This document shows positions 56,796 through 64,000 of a DNA stretch of 64,000 bases, piece by piece; position 1 is the stretch's first letter, and every line of letters starts with the position of its first letter. Source of the DNA: Minisyncoccia bacterium (GTDB taxonomy: Bacteria; Patescibacteriota; Minisyncoccia; Phycocordibacterales; Phycocordibacteraceae); the NCBI GenBank assembly GCA_041485695.1, contig JBGPJZ010000001.1, forward strand, positions 44,697-108,696. Direction: 5' to 3'. The translations under genes and the position numbers were made by a program. The notes beneath the pieces were generated by a model that saw nothing but the letters and a program-made list of their open reading frames with translations, did not search any database and was not told where the DNA came from.

Positions 56796-58115
56796 ATGGA
56801 GCGTACGCTTATAGGCGAGCTTGGGAAGCACATCGGGGAAGCCGTCTCGATGAGCGGTTGGGTGGATGTCCGTCGCGACCAAGGCAAGATGGTCTTTTTT
56901 GATTTTCGCGACCGAAGCGGGGTAGTGCAGGGGGTGGTCTTGCCTGGCTCGGAGGCGTTAGAAACGGCCAAAGAGGTGCGTAACGAGTACGTCGTGCGCG
57001 TAGAGGGTATTGTCAACAAGCGCCCGGAGAAAAATGCACAGGCTAATAGACAAAACGGCGATATCGAGCTTGAGATAAAAAGGATTGAGGTCTTGAGCGC
57101 AGCCCACACGCTCCCCTTTGAAAAAGACACCGAAGTAAATCTCGACACCCTCCTCGATTACCGGCCATTTACCATCCGGAGCGAACGCGAGCGCGCCATT
57201 TTTGCTGTTCAGGCCACCATTCTCGACACGTATCGCCACGCGCTCGCCAAGCAAGGCTTCACCGAATTTCAGGCGCCGGCCTTGGTTGGCGGCGACGCCG
57301 AAGGCGGCGCCGCTGTCTTCAAGGTCGGCTATTACTACGACCAAACCGCCTACCTTGCCACCAGCCCGCAGCTCTATAAGCAAATCATGGTAGGAGCATT
57401 TGAACGGGTTTCAACCATCGCAAAAGCATTTCGTGCAGAAAAGAGCTCGACAACCCGCCATCTTTCGGAGTCTACCCAGATGGATTTTGAAATGGGCTTC
57501 ATACAAGACGAGCGAGAGGTCATGGCAGTGCTCGAGAGCGTGATTCGAGAGGTCGTGAATGAGGTTAGCTCGAAACATCCTGACGCGTTTACTAAACTCA
57601 AGACAAGCGTGCCAGCTCTCGGAGAGAAATTTCCTATCCTCACGCTTGCTGAAGCGCACAAGATACTTGACGTGCCAGAGGGTGCGCTTGATATGGAGCC
57701 CGAGCACGAGCGCCGTATCTGCGAATGGGTAAAAAAAGAGCACGACTCTGACTTCGTGTTCATCACCCGATTCCCAACGAAAGTACGCGCGTTTTATACC
57801 TACGAAGATCCGGGTGAAGCGCCGTACTCGCGCGGTTTCGACCTCCTTTTCCGGGGTCTTGAAATCAACAGCGGCAGCCAGCGTATCCATGCATACGATG
57901 AGATGGTAGAGAAGATACAAAGCCGCGGCCTTGATCCCGATAGATTTGCGTTTTATTTGCAGGCATTCAAGTACGGGATGCCTCCTCACGGCGGTTCTTC
58001 TACCGGCCTTGAGCGCTTCACGGCGCGTATGCTTGAGCTCGGTAATGTAAAGGAAGCCTCGTTGTTCCCACGCGATATGAATCGCATCGACACGCTCCTT
58101 TCTACTCCTGATTAG
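56796..58115 (+). CDS. aspS: Aspartate--tRNA ligase, short archaeal-like type (probably non-discriminating)
   Basis: OB fold RDRSG, SPQLYKQ, FRAE, YGMPPHGG..GLER, FPRD; no GAD insert. Confidence 0.92.
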   Translation: MERTLIGELGKHIGEAVSMSGWVDVRRDQGKMVFFDFRDRSGVVQGVVLPGSEALETAKEVRNEYVVRVEGIVNKRPEKNAQANRQNGDIELEIKRIEVLSAAHTLPFEKDTEVNLDTLLDYRPFTIRSERERAIFAVQATILDTYRHALAKQGFTEFQAPALVGGDAEGGAAVFKVGYYYDQTAYLATSPQLYKQIMVGAFERVSTIAKAFRAEKSSTTRHLSESTQMDFEMGFIQDEREVMAVLESVIREVVNEVSSKHPDAFTKLKTSVPALGEKFPILTLAEAHKILDVPEGALDMEPEHERRICEWVKKEHDSDFVFITRFPTKVRAFYTYEDPGEAPYSRGFDLLFRGLEINSGSQRIHAYDEMVEKIQSRGLDPDRFAFYLQAFKYGMPPHGGSSTGLERFTARMLELGNVKEASLFPRDMNRIDTLLSTPD

Positions 58116-58118
58116 TCC

Positions 58119-59510
58119 ATGAAGATTGTTTTCACCGATACTCCCCTCGACAAAGCTCCCTCTGGATACACCCGCGTACGCATCACGGAAGGGAAGCTTT
58201 GTCGCCACGGTGCGGATACCCTTGAGCTAGGGGTCGGCAAATGGGCGGACGTGAACCGACGCACATTCATTCTCATTTGCCGAGGCATCATCCAAAAGGC
58301 AAAGGAACAAAAGATAAAGAAAATCGCCGTGCAGCTGAATCAATCTCCGTTCCCCCAACTCTCGACTATTCCGCTCCCCGAGCTTGGGAGCTTGATAGCA
58401 CAGAACTTCGAGATGGCCAACTTCGAGTTCAATGCCTTTAAGACTCCGCCGAAAGAGGGGTGGAATGTAGTCGAGGAGGTGCTCGTGTGCGGTGCGACGC
58501 CGAAAGATATGCAGGCCGGATTCAAGCGGGGGCAGATTATCGGAGAGGCGGTGAATGCGTGCCGTGCGCTCGCGAATACTCCGGGGGGCGATATGACGCC
58601 CGCGATACTCGCGCAAGCAGCGCGCGATGCTGCGAAGGGGCTCCCGGTCACGGTCGAGGTGCTTGGCCCTAAGGAGATGGAAGCTCTCGGGATGGGTGCG
58701 GTGCTCGGGGTCGCCAAAGGGTCAAGTGAAGAACCAAAATTCATTATTGTTGAATACAAAGGAAGTAACGATAAGCCGATTGTGCTCGTGGGGAAGGGCG
58801 TCACCTTCGACAGTGGAGGCCTCAATATCAAGACGGAAGGGCACATGTACGAGATGCATATGGATATGTCGGGAGGCGCTGCGGTTATTACGAGCGTCGT
58901 GCTTGCTGCAAAGCTAGGCGTGAAGAAGCACGTCGTCGCTCTTGTCCCTGCGGTCGAGAATATGTCCGCGGGGAACGCCGTCCGGCCTGGCGATATCTTG
59001 AAATCGCTCTCCGGCAAGACCATCGAGGTCATTGATACCGATGCTGAAGGCCGGCTTATCCTCTCTGACGCGCTTACGTATGCGAAGCGTCTTGACCCTG
59101 CAGTCGTCCTTGATACGGCAACCCTGACCGGTTCCTCGCTCTCTGCGGTTGGTACGCGTGCGAGCGTCCTCTTTACTCGCGACGACGCATTAGCTCTAAA
59201 AATCTCACAGCTCGGTGAAGAGAGCGGCGACTACGTGTGGCGACTCCCGCTCTGGGATGAGTATGAGGAGAATGTCAAAGGAACCTTCGCTGACCTCGTG
59301 AATCTTCCCGAGAGCGCCTCGATGCGAAAGGGCGACGCCATTAATGCCGCCATGTTCCTCTGGCAATTCGCCAAAGAGCTCGAGTGCCCGTGGGCGCACC
59401 TTGATATGGCGCCACGGATGACCACGATTGATGCCGATAAGCTCGCGAAGGGCGCCGCGGGCACTCCCGTCCGCCTCTTTTTGCGCTTTATCGAAGCATG
59501 GCCGGATTAA
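58119..59510 (+). CDS. pepA: M17 leucyl aminopeptidase
   Basis: LVGKGVTFDSGG, DMSGGA, DTDAEGRL, ATLTG. Confidence 0.95.
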   Translation: MKIVFTDTPLDKAPSGYTRVRITEGKLCRHGADTLELGVGKWADVNRRTFILICRGIIQKAKEQKIKKIAVQLNQSPFPQLSTIPLPELGSLIAQNFEMANFEFNAFKTPPKEGWNVVEEVLVCGATPKDMQAGFKRGQIIGEAVNACRALANTPGGDMTPAILAQAARDAAKGLPVTVEVLGPKEMEALGMGAVLGVAKGSSEEPKFIIVEYKGSNDKPIVLVGKGVTFDSGGLNIKTEGHMYEMHMDMSGGAAVITSVVLAAKLGVKKHVVALVPAVENMSAGNAVRPGDILKSLSGKTIEVIDTDAEGRLILSDALTYAKRLDPAVVLDTATLTGSSLSAVGTRASVLFTRDDALALKISQLGEESGDYVWRLPLWDEYEENVKGTFADLVNLPESASMRKGDAINAAMFLWQFAKELECPWAHLDMAPRMTTIDADKLAKGAAGTPVRLFLRFIEAWPD

Positions 59511-60241
59511 GCCGTCATACGGGGTTCTCTATCCAAACGCCGAGCTACGCGGGGCCCTTCGACCTTGTCCTTGACCTTATCGAGGGCCGCAAACTCCTTG
59601 TCAACGAGCTCGCGCTTGCCACGATAACCGACGGGTTCATCGCGCACGTAAAAGCACAGGTCGACTTCCCGGTAGAGGAGACAGCGAATTTCATACAAAT
59701 CGCTGCGACCCTGCTCCTCATCAAGTCGAAGTCCCTCATACCCGACTTCGCGCTCTCCGACGAAGAGGAGGGAGATATCAAGGACCTCGAGCGCCGACTC
59801 GCGGCCTACGAGAAAGTCCGTGAAGCGTCGAGAGAGCTCGCACGCATCTACGACAAGCATTTCATGTTTGAGGCGGGCGAGCGGGCGCCTGAAGTCACCT
59901 TCAGCCCCAGTCGAGATCTAAGCGCCGAGACTTTAGCTGCTGCGCTGGCGCGCATCCTCGCTGCTCGCGAAGAGATCGAGCAATTGCCCGAAGCGCGCGT
60001 CAAGCCCATGATCACGATTGAGGAGATGATGGATACCCTCGCGAAACGCGTGCAAGAGGCTATGACGCTTTCCTTCGGCGAATTTTCAAAAACTGCAAAA
60101 GAACGGATAGAGGTCATCGTCTCATTCTTGGCTCTCCTTGAGCTCGTGAAGCAAGGCGCGGTTGCCGCCGAGCAGTTTAATCAGCACGGCGATATCCGCA
60201 TCACCCACACTGCCTCTCACAAAACTCCCCATTACGGCTAA
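59498..60241 (+). CDS. scpA: Segregation and condensation protein A
   Basis: GPFDLVLDLI, AATLLLIKSKSLIP, FLALLELVK. Confidence 0.93.
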   Translation: MAGLSRHTGFSIQTPSYAGPFDLVLDLIEGRKLLVNELALATITDGFIAHVKAQVDFPVEETANFIQIAATLLLIKSKSLIPDFALSDEEEGDIKDLERRLAAYEKVREASRELARIYDKHFMFEAGERAPEVTFSPSRDLSAETLAAALARILAAREEIEQLPEARVKPMITIEEMMDTLAKRVQEAMTLSFGEFSKTAKERIEVIVSFLALLELVKQGAVAAEQFNQHGDIRITHTASHKTPHYG

Positions 60242-60247
60242 ACCGCT

Positions 60248-60388
60248 CTAGAGCGAGTTTGCGGTTGGTGCCGGTGTGGGCGTTACCGGCTGTGAAGCCG
60301 AGAAAATGGGGAAGAAGAGCGCGACCGTCGAGAACATCATCAAGACGGCGATTGCGATTGCAAAGGCCCGCTGCCATGTACGCTTCAT
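60248..60388 (-). CDS. 46-aa single-pass membrane protein (absent from the ORF track)
   Basis: Hand translation MKRTWQRAFAIAIAVLMMFSTVALFFPIFSASQPVTPTPAPTANSL; TG-n-TAGTAT 9 nt upstream. Confidence 0.6.
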   Translation of the reverse strand: MKRTWQRAFAIAIAVLMMFSTVALFFPIFSASQPVTPTPAPTANSL

Positions 60389-60434
60389 ATGAGGGCCATA
60401 CTATCAAAAGCCCCTGCAAAATGAAACCGCCGCG

Positions 60435-60842
60435 CTACTTCGTTGGTTGAGCCGTATCTGCCGGCCGCAGCTGTATCGAGCTGGCTGAGACGCTGCCATC
60501 CTTGTTAGCCGTGCCCGAGACAAGGATTGTGCTCCCGACCGAGACGTCAGCGAGCGTTCCCGCAACGTTTTTGGCGACTGTCGTTGCTGGCGAGATGAGG
60601 ACGACATGGGAACTGCCGTCGCGCGTATCGATCGTTATGCTCGAGGCATCTTTAGCCGCGACGGTGCCAGAGAGAGCGCCACTGCCCATTCCTCCGCCGC
60701 GCATAAAGCTCCCCACGCCGGCCATGCGACTAAAACTGCCGGTCGCACCTGCTGTCTTTGCAAGGCTGTGCGGGGCGAGGTAGCCCGCAGCACCGCCGAC
60801 AATGAGAGCGATGACAGCAGTGATAAGCAATTGTTTATTCAT
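60435..60842 (-). CDS. Membrane-anchored small beta-barrel protein (DUF5666-like)
   Basis: TM, then SGTV..D..SITI..DGSS..V, G..N.DGSV.A..IQL. Confidence 0.75.
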   Translation of the reverse strand: MNKQLLITAVIALIVGGAAGYLAPHSLAKTAGATGSFSRMAGVGSFMRGGGMGSGALSGTVAAKDASSITIDTRDGSSHVVLISPATTVAKNVAGTLADVSVGSTILVSGTANKDGSVSASSIQLRPADTAQPTK

Positions 60843-60853
60843 AGTTTTGTTTA

Positions 60854-62086
60854 TTATTCATAACGAAGCGCCTCGATCGGGTTTAAATTCGCGGCTCTTC
60901 GCGCCGGATACCACCCGAAGGCGATACCGATGGCCGCTGAGACACCGAACGCGAGAGCGACTGAAAACCACGACACGCTCGTCGTGACGATGCCGGTTGC
61001 ATTGACGCCGTACGCGATAAGCCATCCGAGGGCTATCCCGATTACCCCGCCGATGACGGTGAGCGCGACAGCTTCAGCGAGAAACTGGCGGCTGATATCC
61101 TGTTTTTTCGCCCCGATAGCCTTACGGAGGCCTATTTCGCGGGTACGCTCGGTAACGTTCGTCAGCATCATATTCATGATGCCGATGCCCCCGACAAGAA
61201 GCGAGATGCCCGCTATCGCGCCAAGGAGCAAGGTCAGGGTAGAAGTTATGCTTGAAGCAGTTGCTGCGATATCAGCTTGATTCAAGGTCGAAAAGTCAGC
61301 TTGCGCTGGGTCGCTCAAGTGGTGCCGATCAAGGAGCAGGTTCGTGATATCGGTCTGCACTTGTTTGGCGGTGTCAGCCGAGGCGGCCGAGACATCAATC
61401 TCTGAAAGGTACTGATTACCCGTGAGGTAGCGCTGCGCAGTGGTATAGGGGATATAGACCGTGTCGTCGACGTTTGAGAATCCGCTCCCGCCCTTAGCGA
61501 CCGTGACGCCAACCACTCGGTAGTTTGTGCCCTTAATGCGTATCGTCTGGCCGAGCGCCTGATCTCCCGTCGCGTCGGCGCCAAACAGGTCAGTAACAAC
61601 GGTTGGCCCGATGACCGCGACTTTTGCGCCGCTCTGCACGTTTGAGTCTGATATGAATACGCCCTGGTCAACCGAAAGGTTGCGCACGCTCTGATATGAG
61701 GGCGAGGTTCCGATAACGGAGGTATTCGTGTTCGTACCCTTAGCGGTGATTTGCTGGCGGCTGGAGACATCAAGGGCGACGGCTGAAGCATTCGGGATTT
61801 GTGTCGTAACAGCGAGCCCGTCATCTACGGTAAGCGACTGCGCGGTCCCGCGTCCGGCTGAAGCGCCGGCCCCGAAGGTTCGCTGGGCGCCCGGCATGAC
61901 AATAATCAGGTTTGAACCGATTGCCGCAATCGACGATGAAATGGAGTTAGAGGCTCCGCTCCCGATTGCCACCATGGCGATAACCGAGCTGATGCCGATG
62001 ACGATGCCGAGAATCGTAAGCCCTGAACGCACCGCGTTAGCTCGAAGCGCAATGGAGGTCTCTTCAAATAAGTCGACGACTCTCAT
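60854..62086 (-). CDS. MacB-type ABC permease
   Basis: LTILGIVIGI, VGGIGIMN, ERTREIGLRKAIGA, PIEALRYE. Confidence 0.96.
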   Translation of the reverse strand: MRVVDLFEETSIALRANAVRSGLTILGIVIGISSVIAMVAIGSGASNSISSSIAAIGSNLIIVMPGAQRTFGAGASAGRGTAQSLTVDDGLAVTTQIPNASAVALDVSSRQQITAKGTNTNTSVIGTSPSYQSVRNLSVDQGVFISDSNVQSGAKVAVIGPTVVTDLFGADATGDQALGQTIRIKGTNYRVVGVTVAKGGSGFSNVDDTVYIPYTTAQRYLTGNQYLSEIDVSAASADTAKQVQTDITNLLLDRHHLSDPAQADFSTLNQADIAATASSITSTLTLLLGAIAGISLLVGGIGIMNMMLTNVTERTREIGLRKAIGAKKQDISRQFLAEAVALTVIGGVIGIALGWLIAYGVNATGIVTTSVSWFSVALAFGVSAAIGIAFGWYPARRAANLNPIEALRYE

Positions 62087-62781
62087 ACCGTGCGGCGAAC
62101 CCCGTTTTTAGCATCCTCAATGACGCGCCCGTCTTTAATAAAAATGACTCGTTTCGCGTACTCGGCGATAGAAGCTTCGTGGGTAATGACGATGATCGTC
62201 CGCTTCTGCTCCTCATTGAGTTTTATAAAGGTGCGCAGCACCATCTCGCCTGTGACGGTGTCGAGATTTCCTGTCGGTTCATCGGCAAGAATCAGGGATG
62301 GGTTGTTGACGAGGGCTCGGGCTATCGCAACCCGCTGGATCTGCCCGCCCGAGAGCTGGTTAGAAAGATGAGTGGAAAAAGTAACGTCAAGGCCAGCCGC
62401 GGCAAGCGCTTCGTTTGAGCGTCGCACGCGTTCGGCAGGTTCGATTCCTTCGTAGACCAAGGGCAGCATCACGTTTCGCAGTACGGTGGTGCGGGGTAGG
62501 AGATTGAAGGATTGAAAGACAAAGCCGATTTTATCGCTCCGTATTTGCGCAAGTTCGTCATCAGACATCTTCGAGACATCGCGACCGTCGAGGTGGTACG
62601 TCCCACTGGTCGGAGTATCGAGGCAGCCGATGATATGCATCAAGGTTGACTTGCCAGAGCCAGACGGCCCCATAATGGCGACAAATTCGCCGTCCTCAAT
62701 CGTAAACGAGATGTCTTTTAACGCTTCGTATGCCGCGTCGCCCTGCCCATACGTTTTACGGATATTCTTAATCTCTATCAT
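62083..62781 (-). CDS. MacB/LolD-type ABC ATPase
   Basis: GPSGSGKST, LSGGQ.QRVAIARAL, LADEPTGNLD. Confidence 0.97.
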   Translation of the reverse strand: MIEIKNIRKTYGQGDAAYEALKDISFTIEDGEFVAIMGPSGSGKSTLMHIIGCLDTPTSGTYHLDGRDVSKMSDDELAQIRSDKIGFVFQSFNLLPRTTVLRNVMLPLVYEGIEPAERVRRSNEALAAAGLDVTFSTHLSNQLSGGQIQRVAIARALVNNPSLILADEPTGNLDTVTGEMVLRTFIKLNEEQKRTIIVITHEASIAEYAKRVIFIKDGRVIEDAKNGVRRTV

Positions 62782-64000
62782 GGGAGCCGGATGCCGCCGA
62801 TGCTTCCGGCTCGCGCTCCGCCTCCCGCCGTCGTAGTCGTTACGGGAGTGGTGCCCGTGACAGTGCGCACGATGACCTGCATGCCAGCCGTGAGCCCGGA
62901 GACAATCTCGGTGTCAGTGTCGCTCGTGAGCCCTGTCGTCACTTGCACCGCTTCAGGAGTCTCGGTCGTCTGGATGCCCTGGCTCTGGGTCACGCCGCCC
63001 GTATCTACGGGCGGCGAAAACACTTGCACATAGGAGCCGTTTGCATTTGATTTTACGGCACTTGAGGGGACGATGAGGACCCCATTCTTGCTCCCCGTGA
63101 CGATTGATGCGTCGACGCTCATGCCGGGCTTCACGAGAGGATTCTTGGTATCAAAGGTGATAGTGGCTCCGTAGGTAACGACGCCTTGGGAGACGGCCCC
63201 GATTGCGTTGACTGACGTGACGGTGCCCGCGATAGAGACGCCCGGCAAAGCGTCGAAGGCGAGAGTCGCTTTTTGGCCGACCTTAAATTTCGCCGCGTCG
63301 ACTTCATTCACTGATATCGCCGCCTCTTGTTGGTCGGTCACTAAGGTCGCGACTGACGTACCCGCCCCTGCCTGGTCGTACCTCTGGACATTTACCGAGG
63401 CAATGGTACCGGCAAAGGGCGCCACGACGGTATAATCCGCAAGATTCTGCTGTGCGGTCGTGACGGCCTCCTGCGCACGTTTCAGCGTGAGTTCAGCCGA
63501 TTGAACCGCGACCGTATTTGACCCCGCCTGGGTCGCCTCAAGCGTGTTCTTAGTCTGTGCGAGCACTTGTTCGGCCGATATGATAGTGGTCTTTGTCGAA
63601 AGCGCCGCTGAGAGATCGTTTGTAACTATAGTGGTGTAGGTCCCGGTGCTTGAGAGCAAGCCTGCAAGACCCGAAGGAGTGCCGAGATTATAAAACGTGG
63701 AGTCGTTATTCACGCGGTCAAAAAGGTCATGCGTATTTTTCACTGCATCAGCTACGGCTTGCGTCGCCAGGTAGGTTGATTGCGCAAGCGCGACGAGGTC
63801 ATCATTCGATATCGAACGACTCGTCACCTTATAAGCGATAAGCGCGCTCTGATAGGCGGTCACTGCAGACGTATATGAGGTGGCTGCCGAACTCTGATAG
63901 AGCGAAATGCTCGCATCGTGCGTTATGACCGCATCGCCGTAGGCATCGATATTTTTCTGGTACTCGCGACCGGCAACGTTCGACCCGTGGAGCGCCGTGT
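62778..64000 (-). CDS. MacA-like membrane-fusion adaptor (5' end beyond the window)
   Basis: Frame is open to the window edge; APFAG, EVD..K.GQ, KPGMS, VP.SAV, EI.SGL. Confidence 0.9.
   Translation of the reverse strand, partial: TALHGSNVAGREYQKNIDAYGDAVITHDASISLYQSSAATSYTSAVTAYQSALIAYKVTSRSISNDDLVALAQSTYLATQAVADAVKNTHDLFDRVNNDSTFYNLGTPSGLAGLLSSTGTYTTIVTNDLSAALSTKTTIISAEQVLAQTKNTLEATQAGSNTVAVQSAELTLKRAQEAVTTAQQNLADYTVVAPFAGTIASVNVQRYDQAGAGTSVATLVTDQQEAAISVNEVDAAKFKVGQKATLAFDALPGVSIAGTVTSVNAIGAVSQGVVTYGATITFDTKNPLVKPGMSVDASIVTGSKNGVLIVPSSAVKSNANGSYVQVFSPPVDTGGVTQSQGIQTTETPEAVQVTTGLTSDTDTEIVSGLTAGMQVIVRTVTGTTPVTTTTAGGGARAGSIGGIRLP

Noticed and set aside
1-64000. CRISPR array
   Set aside because: No regularly spaced direct repeats with unique spacers; the 78-bp repeats are kilobases apart, and the two units at 47981-48128 end in terminators

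Overview
Housekeeping-rich chromosomal window from a small-genome bacterium. Gene content and streamlined proteins point to Patescibacteria/CPR, probably Parcubacteria (inference); standard genetic code, since TGA is used as a stop. Core blocks: rpsP-khpA-trmD, an rpoB-rpoC-dnaG-rpoD operon, infA-rpmJ-rpsM-rpsK-rpsD-rpoA-rplQ-rplM-rpsI, grpE-dnaK-dnaJ, six aminoacyl-tRNA synthetases (hisS, leuS, alaS, tyrS, trpS, aspS), tRNA-Tyr(GTA), a nuclease/DNA-repair cluster and a MacAB-type ABC module. No CRISPR array, transposase, integrase or rRNA was seen. Main unexplained signals: (1) short folded DNA repeats, with three ~78-bp intergenic copies plus hairpin or palindrome inserts read in frame inside prmC, ung and rpoD; (2) two tandem paralogous promoter-hairpin-terminator units (candidate small RNAs) upstream of grpE; (3) a TANNNT -10 box 6-9 nt before the ATG of many core genes (leaderless mRNAs), whereas orphan genes carry Shine-Dalgarno motifs; (4) a GcrA-like regulator with a duplicated HTH; (5) a Nudix domain inside LeuRS, an ATP-cone nuclease, an FtsA-like/baseplate-J-like gene pair, and RpoB substitutions at rifampicin contacts. 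All calls come from reading motifs by eye; no searches were run.
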